A stretch of DNA of 64,000 bases from Chloroflexota bacterium. GTDB taxonomy: Bacteria > Chloroflexota > Dehalococcoidia > Lucifugimonadales > Lucifugimonadaceae. The stretch covers positions 239-64,238 of the forward strand of contig PBKW01000005.1 of the NCBI GenBank assembly GCA_002721615.1, written 5' to 3'. Numbering within the stretch: position 1 is the first letter of the stretch; every line of letters starts with the position of its first letter. The notes beneath the pieces are model-generated. The model saw nothing but the letters and a program-made list of their open reading frames with translations, did not search any database and was not told the origin of the DNA. This document shows positions 9,746 through 19,361 of this stretch, piece after piece. The translations under genes were made by a program, and so were the position numbers.

Positions 9746-12700
9746 TTACTCTATAGATTTTGGAATTTTGAATATGGTTACTTCATCATTCACATAAATT
9801 GGTGTTAAGGATTCAAATTTTTCTATACCTTCTATAGGGTAGTAGAGTTTTTCTAATTTACCTACATAAATATATTCGACATTATATTTTGATAATAAAT
9901 CTAAAGAAATTTTTAAATTAGGTGAACTATATATTGTTTTTATGTCATCTTTCCGGATTTGGATTTCTTTTTTATAATTTTTTCGTTGTTGAGTTTGATG
10001 CCAGTCCCAACCTATGATTGTGGGTAAACCTGTATATACTGATATTCTGTTACCCCATCTGTATAAAGGTGTATTTCCTTCAGAAATTATTGGAGAACCT
10101 TTTAGATTTAGATTTAACCATTTTATTGCGAGATAATCATGTTCAAAATTAATATTTCCTAAGGGATCTTTATAATTTGCTTTTTCCATAAACAATGCAC
10201 CATCTAAATTGAGAGGAGTTGAAATGAATCTATCTTGAGTTCTTGAATGAGTGCCAAATATTGTATATAAAAAGCAACTGACTGTTAGAAAAATAAGTGT
10301 GATTGAAAAAACCGATTTAAATATTTTTTGATAACTTTTTTCTGGTTTCAATACAAGTATTATGCCTAAGAAAAAAGAGCTACTAATATTGATTAAAATC
10401 CAAGATTGAAGATAAAATTTAAACACTGTATTCATTCTTCCAATATCTTCTTTAATAGTAATTATTTCTGTTCCTGCAAGAATTAATAATCCTATAAAGC
10501 CCAAATACCAAAAAAACAGTATTGTTGAAAGAGATGAATTTTTATATTTCGTTCTAAGATTTTTTAAGGAATATATCCAAAAAAGAATTAAAAATAAGAT
10601 GAAAATGAAAGTTAAATATTTTGTAGAGATAATTAGAACTCCTATTGAAATAAACAACAAAACGATCAGAAATATTTTAAATGATTTTGTTAAGGCATCA
10701 CTTTGTGTATTTTTAGGATATGAAATCCAAATAATAAATATAAATAAAGGAATTGAGAATATAGAAATAAAATTCAATAAAGGAGATTGAAAATCACTTA
10801 ATTGTAAACCAATGGTAGGGGAAATGAAGTTTAAATGAAAAGGCATAAAAAGAGTGAAGGAAAATAAAGTAATTAAAATAATTTTTAATATAGCGTATAC
10901 ACTTTTTCTTAGATTAAATTTTGATTCGTTTTTTAATTCTGAAAATAAAATTACACCTGAAAGTAGTAGTATTTGAGTGGGTATATTCCAAGTATTTATA
11001 GTCCATATTGAACCTATGATTATTGAGCAAATTCCGTATAAAGCTAATAAATTTAATTTTGAGTAGTTCTTTTTAAAATTTATAATTGCTAAAAATACTG
11101 AAAGACTTGATATCATAAATGGAATTACAATCAAATGTGCATGAAGATCTGCAAATAAAAAAGTGAAGAAAGGAAATTCTGTTATTTCATGTCCTTTAGA
11201 TCCTGATGGCATCATTCTAGATGCAGCCCAATAATCAAAAGTCCCAAAAGAGGTTTTATCAATAAGAAAATTTTTGATTTTTAAAGTTATTTGAAACAAA
11301 GATTCGAGATTTCCAATAATTAGAACAGATAATACTGAGAATATGGAAATAAAAGAAAGAATTTTTGAAGAAGATTTTCCGAATATTATTTTTGAGGATG
11401 GTTTTATGTTCCAAAATAATGAAACTACTGCAACTACTGAAAAGCTAAATAGTAAAGGTATAGCTAGATTATAAGCTATTGAAGGTTCAATTCCAGTAGC
11501 TTTAATTAAATATGCAACAAGAAAATGACCAAAGTAATAATAGTTGAGGTAACCTGATGAAAACCATGGATCAAAAGGAGGCATTTTTGTTGATCTTATT
11601 ATTGCATTTAGATATGCAAAATCCATTGGTTTTTCACCACCTCTATATGGATGCCATAAATCAGGATTGAGAGATCTAATGATTAAGAAAATAAAGAAAG
11701 ATATTAAAAATAGAAATTCAAATGTAATAATTAATTTCCATTTAGATTTTATAAATTTTAATAAATAATCTTTTTGTTTGAATATAATTGTTATTGAAAA
11801 TAGTGTAAGTATTATTAAACTCAAATATATTGATGATTGTGAAAAATTTAATATATTTAAACTAGTGAGTATCCATACTAGAAAAGCATTGATTAGAACT
11901 CCAATTGGTTTACTTAGTATGTAACCTTTATCAGATAATGATCTGAATGAATAAATGATAATAGGTATTATAGAAATACTTAATAGTTGTACGAAAAAAT
12001 ACCAAATTATTATTAGCGATATCTGATTTAATCCACTTGAGAAAATAATTTTATTTCTATCTTGACCAGAATATTGTTTATCCATTTGATCGGGTTCCAT
12101 AAGTAATTCTGAAGGTTTTATAGGCTGATTTAGAATAGAAAATAATTCTTCAGATGATATCTCTTGAGATTTTTTAAAAATCAAGATAGTAGGATGGTCG
12201 TAGACAGAAAAACTTTCATCATGCCAGCCTAAGTTAAATTGCAATGAATTATCTTTTCCTGAAAGTGTTTTAGGAGGAGAAATGGGAATTCTGGAAAAAT
12301 TATCGTTTGTATATTTTATGCCCAAAAATTTAGGCTCTTTTTTTTCTTGATGTATTAAAGAATATCCTAATGATCCATCAAATAATCTTTGATAATAATT
12401 TGATGTAAAAGGATATCTTTCAGGTAAACGTGGAATAGTTCCGTACAATCGATTACTAAATATTACAATGTAATCTGATTCAGATAAAAGAAGAGAAAGG
12501 TTTAAAGTTTTTTTTGTTGAATCAAAATTATAAAGAGGAAGTTCTTTGATTTTGAATTTATTTAAATTAGGTAAACCTTCATCCCAATGTTCTTTGAGTA
12601 TTAAGCTATTGGGCTTTGCGTTTAGATTTAAAAAATTACTTGCTTCAATTGCTGTATGATTTTGCGAATAAATGTTTAAAAAAGATAAAGGATAATGCAA

Positions 12701-13924
12701 CGATAGCAATAGAATGATTGAAATTATAGGTATAGCTAATCGAGAATATTTTTCAGAAATTTGATTGGATAAATATACAATTCCAATAGAAGAGTAGATG
12801 ATTATAAAAGGAATTATAGGTAGCATATATCTGGAAAATTTAACTTGAAAGTGTCCAAAAATTAAGAAATATAAAAAAATCCAGAATATTAATATTACAT
12901 GGATTTTGGGAAATGGAAGACGACTTTTTATTAGAGTTATGATTAAACCTATAAGTCCGAGACTTGAAACTACTATTCCTAGGCTTGTAGTAGTAATTTG
13001 TTTTAGGTGGTAGATGTAGGGAATAGTGTCTATGTATTGTCTTGTATATGGAAGATCACTAGACCCTCTAATCATTTTAGATTGTGTGAGGTTGTGTTCT
13101 AGAAATTTTGGAAAATCGATTATTGAATATGGAGAAAATAAAAAAAAGAAAATTAAACTTACTAATATACAAATTGATATTCCAATTAAAGCTTTTTTGA
13201 TGTTTGAAATGTTTATAGAAATTCTATTCATAACATCATCTTTATTAGGGAAAATGGCGTATAGAAAATATGATAAGAATATTAAGATTGAAATGGGCAA
13301 ACTGCTTATTTTAGTAGCTAATGCAGCTGATAATAAAATTCCTGCAATTATAGAATCCTTTAATGTACAGGTTTTAGAAATTTTGGCACATATGAATACT
13401 AGTGCGACTATGAAAAATGTGAGAATAGTGTCTACGACAAAAAAATGAGAATGTTGTAATTGAATTACACAAAAAATTGAAAAAAAACTAGTAAAAAATC
13501 CCGTTTTTCTACCAAAATATTTTAATGCAAATATTGAAATTAAGGTGACGGTAGCAGAGTCAAATAAAGCAGAAATTATTCTTGCAGGGAATCTTAACTT
13601 ATAAACGTCGAAATTTGTAAAAAAGCTAAGAAAAAAATTTGTAATTTCTAAAATATATAAAGGTAATGTTCCATAATTAAACCATTGTGGGTTTAATGGA
13701 CTGATATTTGGATTTAATAAATAAGATAATTCAGACCATTTAGGAAAATGCATCTCATTAGATAACATTAATAGTTGTCTTTCATCAGGATGAAACAGGA
13801 ACCCGTTATCCCAATTTATTCCATAAATACGTAATGAAAAAGATATAGAAAAGATTAAAAGAATTATTAAACTGTTTATAATTCTTTTTTGTGTTATTTG
13901 TTTAAATAAAGATAATTTGTACAT
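9746..13924 (-). CDS. Very large polytopic membrane protein: GT-C-like N-terminal half plus DUF2298 / Chlor_Arch_YYY-type C-terminal half
   Basis: 1392 aa with dozens of hydrophobic segments. HPDERQ sits in the first extracytoplasmic loop. The YYY motif occurs in SSGYLNYYYFGHFLVAY. Confidence 0.75.
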   Translation of the reverse strand: MYKLSLFKQITQKRIINSLIILLIFSISFSLRIYGINWDNGFLFHPDERQLLMLSNEMHFPKWSELSYLLNPNISPLNPQWFNYGTLPLYILEITNFFLSFFTNFDVYKLRFPARIISALFDSATVTLISIFALKYFGRKTGFFTSFFSIFCVIQLQHSHFFVVDTILTFFIVALVFICAKISKTCTLKDSIIAGILLSAALATKISSLPISILIFLSYFLYAIFPNKDDVMNRISINISNIKKALIGISICILVSLIFFFLFSPYSIIDFPKFLEHNLTQSKMIRGSSDLPYTRQYIDTIPYIYHLKQITTTSLGIVVSSLGLIGLIITLIKSRLPFPKIHVILIFWIFLYFLIFGHFQVKFSRYMLPIIPFIIIYSSIGIVYLSNQISEKYSRLAIPIISIILLLSLHYPLSFLNIYSQNHTAIEASNFLNLNAKPNSLILKEHWDEGLPNLNKFKIKELPLYNFDSTKKTLNLSLLLSESDYIVIFSNRLYGTIPRLPERYPFTSNYYQRLFDGSLGYSLIHQEKKEPKFLGIKYTNDNFSRIPISPPKTLSGKDNSLQFNLGWHDESFSVYDHPTILIFKKSQEISSEELFSILNQPIKPSELLMEPDQMDKQYSGQDRNKIIFSSGLNQISLIIIWYFFVQLLSISIIPIIIYSFRSLSDKGYILSKPIGVLINAFLVWILTSLNILNFSQSSIYLSLIILTLFSITIIFKQKDYLLKFIKSKWKLIITFEFLFLISFFIFLIIRSLNPDLWHPYRGGEKPMDFAYLNAIIRSTKMPPFDPWFSSGYLNYYYFGHFLVAYLIKATGIEPSIAYNLAIPLLFSFSVVAVVSLFWNIKPSSKIIFGKSSSKILSFISIFSVLSVLIIGNLESLFQITLKIKNFLIDKTSFGTFDYWAASRMMPSGSKGHEITEFPFFTFLFADLHAHLIVIPFMISSLSVFLAIINFKKNYSKLNLLALYGICSIIIGSIWTINTWNIPTQILLLSGVILFSELKNESKFNLRKSVYAILKIILITLFSFTLFMPFHLNFISPTIGLQLSDFQSPLLNFISIFSIPLFIFIIWISYPKNTQSDALTKSFKIFLIVLLFISIGVLIISTKYLTFIFILFLILFWIYSLKNLRTKYKNSSLSTILFFWYLGFIGLLILAGTEIITIKEDIGRMNTVFKFYLQSWILINISSSFFLGIILVLKPEKSYQKIFKSVFSITLIFLTVSCFLYTIFGTHSRTQDRFISTPLNLDGALFMEKANYKDPLGNINFEHDYLAIKWLNLNLKGSPIISEGNTPLYRWGNRISVYTGLPTIIGWDWHQTQQRKNYKKEIQIRKDDIKTIYSSPNLKISLDLLSKYNVEYIYVGKLEKLYYPIEGIEKFESLTPIYVNDEVTIFKIPKSIE

Positions 13925-14019
13925 TTATAAAAAATAATTTCTTTAACTAAAGCTTACTTTTTTACTACACTTTATAAAATCTATAATATTTGGTTTTATT
14001 TTAACTTAAGGAGATATTA

Positions 14020-15297
14020 ATGAATTTTAATTTAAATAAACTATCCTCAGGAGTTGATTTAATTACATCAAATCTCAATAATACTCGTACTGCTACTGTA
14101 ATGTTGTTTTTTGGAACTGGTTCTAGATATGAAAATGAAAAACTTTGGGGAGCATCTCATCTTTTTGAACATGCTTTATTTAAAGGAACTAAGACTCATC
14201 CTACGCCTAGTGCTATTTCTGGAGTAATTGAATCAAAAGGTGGAATCTTTAATGCTTTTACAGATAAAGAAATGACAGGTTATTGGTGTAAAATCCCATC
14301 AGAATTTGTAGAAGATGGATTGAAGATTTTGGCTGAAATGGTCACAGAACCACTTCTTCGCCAAGAAGATATTGATGTAGAAAAAAAAGTGGTTTTTGAG
14401 GAAATAAATGCAAGTAATGATTCTCCTGATTCTAAATGTTCTCTTAATGCTGAAAATTTAATTTGGCCTGATCAACCTATGGGAAGAGATATTGCTGGAT
14501 CTGTGAAATCCTTATCAAAAATTAATAAAAAAGATTTGATGCAATATTTTTTCAATCAGTATGTAGCTTCAAATGCAGTTTTAGTAGTTTCTGGAAATAT
14601 AGATATCGATAAAATTAATTTATGTGCTGAAAATGTTTTTAAACATTTCAATAATGGAAATCCGAAACCTTATTTTCCTGTTCTTTTTACAAATAAAGGA
14701 CCAATAGTAAGTGTGGAGTTTCGTGAAACTTCACAAACAAATCTTTCTTTTTTATTAAAAGGATATTCTGTAAATCATCAAAACAGATTTGCAATAGATT
14801 TATTGTCAGTAATTTTAGGTGAAAGCATGAGTAGTCGTTTATTTGAGGAAGTTAGAGAAAAAAGAGGTTTAGCTTATTCGATAAATTCATTTAATGTTCA
14901 TTTTTCTGATTGTGGTTTGTTTGGAATAGACTCAGGTGTTAATAAAAATAATCTTTTTGAAGCAGTTGATGTGATATGTGATCAATTAGTTAAGATCAAA
15001 ACAAAGATAGAAGATAAAGAATTAAAAGAAGCTAAAGATTTAATGAAAGGAAGGCTTAGCATGAGATTAGAAGACTCTAGATCAATAGCTAGTTTTTTAG
15101 GATTTCAACAGCTCATTAAAAAGAAAATCCAATTATTTGAAGAAATTTCTGATTTAATAGATTCTATTACTCTTGATGATATAAATTTAGTTACCAAAGA
15201 CATATTTAAAACTGAAAATTTTATTTTATCTATTGTTGGTTCAGTAAAAAATTCTGACGCTTTAATAGAAAAGATGAATTTATTAAATCAAAAATGA
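14020..15297 (+). CDS. M16-family (pitrilysin/insulinase-like) zinc peptidase
   Basis: Inverted zinc motif HLFEH (HxxEH). 425 aa. AAGGAG RBS 7 nt upstream of the ATG. Confidence 0.85.
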   Translation: MNFNLNKLSSGVDLITSNLNNTRTATVMLFFGTGSRYENEKLWGASHLFEHALFKGTKTHPTPSAISGVIESKGGIFNAFTDKEMTGYWCKIPSEFVEDGLKILAEMVTEPLLRQEDIDVEKKVVFEEINASNDSPDSKCSLNAENLIWPDQPMGRDIAGSVKSLSKINKKDLMQYFFNQYVASNAVLVVSGNIDIDKINLCAENVFKHFNNGNPKPYFPVLFTNKGPIVSVEFRETSQTNLSFLLKGYSVNHQNRFAIDLLSVILGESMSSRLFEEVREKRGLAYSINSFNVHFSDCGLFGIDSGVNKNNLFEAVDVICDQLVKIKTKIEDKELKEAKDLMKGRLSMRLEDSRSIASFLGFQQLIKKKIQLFEEISDLIDSITLDDINLVTKDIFKTENFILSIVGSVKNSDALIEKMNLLNQK

Positions 15298-15356
15298 TAA
15301 AAAAAGCTATTGAATATTATTGAAAATTACTAATTAATTTAAATAATATTTCATTC

Positions 15357-15749
15357 ATGGTTATTAATAATGTACGTGCTATGAATTGGAATATGCACAC
15401 TATAAAAAATTTAAGAAAATATATGGGTAAGTCTCAAGTTGAGTTTTCTAATGATTTAGGGGTTAGACAGCAGACGATTAGTGAATGGGAGACTGGTGTT
15501 TATGAGCCAAGAGGTGGCTCAATAACATTGTTAAATCTTATATCTACAGAAATTGGTTTTGATACTTGGTATTCAGAAAAATTGAATAACGTGTCTAATA
15601 GAAGTCGAGTTGTTTCTCCTTCAAATAATCGAAGGAATTCTATTAGAGATGAATTTAATCTTCAAAATAAGACACATTTAAATGGCAAAAATAAGAATCA
15701 AAAAAATAAGATTAGGAATAATCTTAATCATATGCCTTTGCCTATATAA
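15357..15749 (+). CDS. XRE/YiaG(MqsA)-like helix-turn-helix protein with an Asn/Arg/Lys-rich tail
   Basis: The HTH segment SQVEFSNDLGVRQQTISEWETGVYEPRGGSITLLNLI resembles COG2944-type HTH_3 proteins. The C-terminal ~60 aa are low complexity. Confidence 0.7.
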   Translation: MVINNVRAMNWNMHTIKNLRKYMGKSQVEFSNDLGVRQQTISEWETGVYEPRGGSITLLNLISTEIGFDTWYSEKLNNVSNRSRVVSPSNNRRNSIRDEFNLQNKTHLNGKNKNQKNKIRNNLNHMPLPI

Positions 15750-15754
15750 AAATT

Positions 15755-16306
15755 TTAAGTGAATATAGAATTTTTAAAAATGTTATCTCTGTACCACTTT
15801 AACTCATTTACACTTTCTCTGATATCGTCTAGAGCTAAGTGAGTTTTTCTTTTTTTAGGTAATTCTAAATCTGGATACCATCTTTTCATAAGTTCTTTTA
15901 TAGTTGAGACGTCAATCATTCTGTAGTTAAGATATGATTCTAGTCTGGGCATCTCTTTACGTAAGAATTTTCTGTCAACCCATATTGAGTTTCCACAAAG
16001 AGGTGATTTTTCTTTTTCTGTCCATTGATCTAAAAAATTAAGAGTCATAGTTTCAGCTTTTAAAATATTTGTTTCTGAATTTTCTACTCTTTCTAATAAT
16101 CCAGAAGAAGTGTGTTGATTTTTTGACCATGCTTCTATAGGAATAGAATTTATTTCAGACAAAGTTCTTTTTATTGCTAGATTAGGACCTTCTTGAAGTA
16201 TTTCTAAATGATGGTCAGTCACCAAAGAAGCAATTTCCAAAATAACATGATTATCTCCTAATCCTGTCATTTCTAAATCTATCCATACTAATTTTGGGTT
16301 AGACAT
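15755..16306 (-). CDS. orn: Oligoribonuclease
   Basis: 183 aa DEDDh exonuclease. LVWIDLEMTGL at the N-terminus and HLALDDIRESVNELKWY at the C-terminus. Confidence 0.9.
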   Translation of the reverse strand: MSNPKLVWIDLEMTGLGDNHVILEIASLVTDHHLEILQEGPNLAIKRTLSEINSIPIEAWSKNQHTSSGLLERVENSETNILKAETMTLNFLDQWTEKEKSPLCGNSIWVDRKFLRKEMPRLESYLNYRMIDVSTIKELMKRWYPDLELPKKRKTHLALDDIRESVNELKWYRDNIFKNSIFT

Positions 16307-16385
16307 AATGTCTTATTTCCATGAATATATTAATTATTATTTCTATTATATAGTTTATGTAAGAATCATAGTAATTAATCACAAA

Positions 16386-17141
16386 ATGAAATTTATTTCT
16401 TGGAATGTAAATGGAATTAGAGCTTGTTTGAAAAAAGGGCTACTAGATTTTATAAAATCTTCTGAAGCAGACATTTTGTGTTTTCAAGAAACTAAAGCTA
16501 ATCAAAGTCAAGTGGATTTAAATATTGAAGATTATTATCAGTTCTGGAATAGTGCTGAAAAAAAAGGATATTCAGGAACTCTAATATTATCCAAAAAAAA
16601 CCCTTCAAATTCTTTTTTGGGAATGGAAATAGCTAAGCATGATAATGAAGGCAGATTAATTACCTTGGAGTACCCTGAGTTTTTTTTAGTAAATGTTTAT
16701 ACTCCTAATTCTCAAAGAGGTTTAAATAGACTGGATTATAGGACTAAAGAATGGGATATTGATTTTCTAAGCTATCTGAAAAGAATTGAAAAAACCAAAC
16801 CTGTAGTTTTTTGTGGCGATTTAAATGTTGCACATACAGAAATTGATTTAGCTAATCCAGAGAGTAATAGAAGAAATGCTGGATTTACAGACGAAGAAAG
16901 ATTAGGGTTTGATAGATTTTTAGAAGAAGGATTTGTAGACACATTTAGGGAGTTTGAACAAGGTTCAGGAAATTATACTTGGTGGAGTTATATGTTTGAA
17001 GCTAGAAAAAAGAATATTGGGTGGAGAATAGACTATTTTTGTATTTCTAAAATTTTAAGAAAAAATTTAGAATCGGCATTTATTCTTCCAGAAATTTTAG
17101 GCTCTGATCATTGTCCAATAGGAATTGAATTAAAGATTTAG
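16386..17141 (+). CDS. xthA: Exodeoxyribonuclease III (AP endonuclease)
   Basis: MKFISWNVNGIRA start, QETK, and SDHCP at the C-terminus. The track ORF begins at 16308, but its first 26 codons (MSYFHEYINYYFYYIV...) look like translated promoter DNA. ATG 16386 fits the family N-terminus. Confidence 0.9.
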   Translation: MKFISWNVNGIRACLKKGLLDFIKSSEADILCFQETKANQSQVDLNIEDYYQFWNSAEKKGYSGTLILSKKNPSNSFLGMEIAKHDNEGRLITLEYPEFFLVNVYTPNSQRGLNRLDYRTKEWDIDFLSYLKRIEKTKPVVFCGDLNVAHTEIDLANPESNRRNAGFTDEERLGFDRFLEEGFVDTFREFEQGSGNYTWWSYMFEARKKNIGWRIDYFCISKILRKNLESAFILPEILGSDHCPIGIELKI

Positions 17142-18235
17142 TTAAATAATGATTCAAAGTTATCTGCACAAATATCAGGTGTAAATCTCTCTGAAGATTT
17201 TTTCCCTTCTTGAATTAATTTAATTCTTAGGTCATTGTTATCTATTAATTCAATTATATTTTTTGATATTTCTTTTTTATTAATATTTTTTACTAATAAT
17301 CCTGATCTTCCATCAGAAACAACTTCTCTACTGCCACCAGGACTATCAGTAGTAACAATAGGGAGACCTAAAGCTTGAGATTCTATCAAAACATTAGGTA
17401 ATCCTTCAAATTTTGATGTAAGCACAAATACACTACAATATTTAAAATATTTATATGGATTGGATGAAAAACCAATAAATTTGATTTCCTTTGACAAATT
17501 CATAGAAGAAACTTTTGATTCTAATATTTTTCTTTGAGGTCCATCACCTATTATGAGTAATTTGGATTTTTTTATTTCTAAGACTTCTGAAAAAGAATCA
17601 ATTAAAAGAGAAATATTTTTTTGTGAGGACAATCTTCCTACAGTTAAAATTATGGGTTCTTTTGATGATTGAATCCAGTCTTCTATAACAGGCTCTTCAG
17701 CTTTTTGTAAAATTTCTGGAACAAAGGTTGGATTTAATATTAATTTGATGTTTTTCTTATTTATTTTTGTTGTTGATATTATGCTTTTACATACTGAATT
17801 TGAATTTCCTACTATATAATCTGCATTTTTATAAAAAATGGAAATTAATAATTTCAAAATGAGTCTTTTAAAAACATTTAATTCTTTTAGAGATTCATTT
17901 AAATGTGTTCTTTCAGTGATTATAATTTTTGGTTTATGGGATGAAAAATTTTGTGCTATTAATATTCCTATATTCGCATAATATTGAGCTGAAATTACTA
18001 TATCTATATTGTTTTTAGATAAATATTTAGCTAAATAAAAAATTGACGTAGATACTTTCCTCTTATTTAGATTAATGATTGGTACTGAAAAACTATTATT
18101 TTTGATATAAGATGATTTTCCAACTGTAATAATATTTACAGAATGACCTCTGTCCTCAAGGGTTTTAGCTAATATAAAAAAACTTCTTTCAACCCCTCCA
18201 ATTTTTAAATGTGGTAAAAAAAATGAGATTTTCAA
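17138..18235 (-). CDS. Glycosyltransferase family 4 (GT-B fold)
   Basis: GGVERSF N-terminal motif and the EGLPNVLIESQALGLPIV E-x7-E motif. 365 aa. Confidence 0.8.
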   Translation of the reverse strand: MKISFFLPHLKIGGVERSFFILAKTLEDRGHSVNIITVGKSSYIKNNSFSVPIINLNKRKVSTSIFYLAKYLSKNNIDIVISAQYYANIGILIAQNFSSHKPKIIITERTHLNESLKELNVFKRLILKLLISIFYKNADYIVGNSNSVCKSIISTTKINKKNIKLILNPTFVPEILQKAEEPVIEDWIQSSKEPIILTVGRLSSQKNISLLIDSFSEVLEIKKSKLLIIGDGPQRKILESKVSSMNLSKEIKFIGFSSNPYKYFKYCSVFVLTSKFEGLPNVLIESQALGLPIVTTDSPGGSREVVSDGRSGLLVKNINKKEISKNIIELIDNNDLRIKLIQEGKKSSERFTPDICADNFESLFN

Positions 18236-18510
18236 TTATTCTGTTCAGTAATTTTTAATTCTTTTGTTATTCCAGCCATAAGTTCATAATTAGTAGGCTC
18301 TATAACTACAGTATTATTGTTAATGATTATTGTTGGGACACTTTCCCTTCCATTGTTTATTTTTTTCATATCTTTTTTTGCAGAAGGATTTTCTAATATA
18401 TTGATTTCTTTGAAAGGAATATGATTATTTTCCAGAAAATTTTTACTTCTAATACAGTCGCTACATAGAGGCCTAGAGTACATGATTATTTCAGGCCATT
18501 TTTTTCTCAT
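18232..18510 (-). CDS. Glutaredoxin/NrdH-like thioredoxin-fold protein
   Basis: 92 aa. CxxC (CSDC) after beta-1 and a cis-Pro region ESVPTIII. 4-bp overlap with the downstream GT4 gene. Confidence 0.75.
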   Translation of the reverse strand: MRKKWPEIIMYSRPLCSDCIRSKNFLENNHIPFKEINILENPSAKKDMKKINNGRESVPTIIINNNTVVIEPTNYELMAGITKELKITEQNN

Positions 18511-18812
18511 TATTTTAGTACACTTATTTTCGCTTTTTATCTTTCTTCGATGAATTATAAAATAATATGAGATAAGATTAAATGATGATAAGAAACAAAA
18601 AATTTATCAAAGTTCATTTTTATATATAATTTTACTTTTTTGTTTATATTGTAAAGTAAATTCTAAACCTAACAGAATTTATCTTCTGAAAAAATCTAAA
18701 ATTTATAAAGTTATTTTGCCATAAATTAAAGTTGATAATCTATAATTTCTTCTGAGCATAGCTAGATATTTAGTTAGATTTTATAATAATAACCAAAGAA
18801 TATAATCAATTA

Positions 18813-19361
18813 TTGAGGTTAATTTTGAGAAAGAATTATTATTATGATTTTATTTATTCCAATATTGGTTTTGTCTCTTTAGTTGTTTCAGATAAAGGAG
18901 TTGTGATGACATCTCCTCCTGAAAAATCTCTAGAAAAATCTTTGATTAAGATCAAAGATTTTAATAATAAATTATTTAAAAATGAAGAAAAAACATTCAT
19001 GTATAAAAATAAATTAGAATTGTATTTTAAAGGTAAAGAGATTAATTTTGAGGACATATATTTAGATTTATTAATAGGAACAGAGTTTCAAAAAAAAGTT
19101 TGGAACATTTGTAGAAAAATAAAATTTGGTGAAGTGAAATCATATAAATGGATTAGTGAGATGATTGAATCTAAGCCATATGCTTATAGAGCGGTTGGAA
19201 ATGCTTTGAGGTTGAATCCGGTCCCTATTTTTGTTCCATGTCATCGTGTGATTGGAACTAATGGTAAGCTATGTGGTTATAATTCTTTACAAGGAATAAG
19301 TGTTAAAAAAAAGTTGATTAATTTAGAAAAATATTACAAAGATTCATTAATTAATGAATAG
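18813..19361 (+). CDS. ogt: Methylated-DNA--protein-cysteine methyltransferase
   Basis: Active-site PCHRVIG. TTG start in the track, so the exact start is uncertain. Confidence 0.85.
   Translation: MRLILRKNYYYDFIYSNIGFVSLVVSDKGVVMTSPPEKSLEKSLIKIKDFNNKLFKNEEKTFMYKNKLELYFKGKEINFEDIYLDLLIGTEFQKKVWNICRKIKFGEVKSYKWISEMIESKPYAYRAVGNALRLNPVPIFVPCHRVIGTNGKLCGYNSLQGISVKKKLINLEKYYKDSLINE

Noticed and set aside
13026-13448. Antisense ORFs inside the YYY membrane gene. Similar antisense ORFs occur inside tldD, pmbA, mutS2, the MMPL gene, MlrC and the kinase fusion (for example 26512-26946, 27635-28099, 36206-36622, 41442-41756, 52965-53228, 59471-59740).
   Set aside because: All are nested in the opposite strand of longer ORFs with family motifs. 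None has its own motif or start context.
16308-16385. The N-terminal 26 codons that the ORF track adds to xthA (MSYFHEYINYYFYYIVYVRIIVINHK).
   Set aside because: This would leave only 1 bp between the divergent orn and xthA starts. The peptide looks like translated AT-rich promoter DNA. The family N-terminus MKFISWNVNG starts at 16386.
17138-18235. The idea that the GT4 is a BshA/MshA-type low-molecular-weight-thiol glycosyltransferase because of the coupled glutaredoxin-like gene.
   Set aside because: The N-terminal motif (PHLKIGGVERSF) resembles generic polysaccharide GT4 enzymes more than my recollection of BshA or MshA. No bshB/C or mshB/C/D-like genes are in the window. I kept it only as a low-interest note.
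18674-18687. An SOS-box-like AGAATTTATCTTCT upstream of ogt.
   Set aside because: Both of the key inner positions of the GAAC/GTTC half-sites are mismatched (GAAT/CTTC). It is not a palindrome, and such a sequence is likely by chance in AT-rich DNA.
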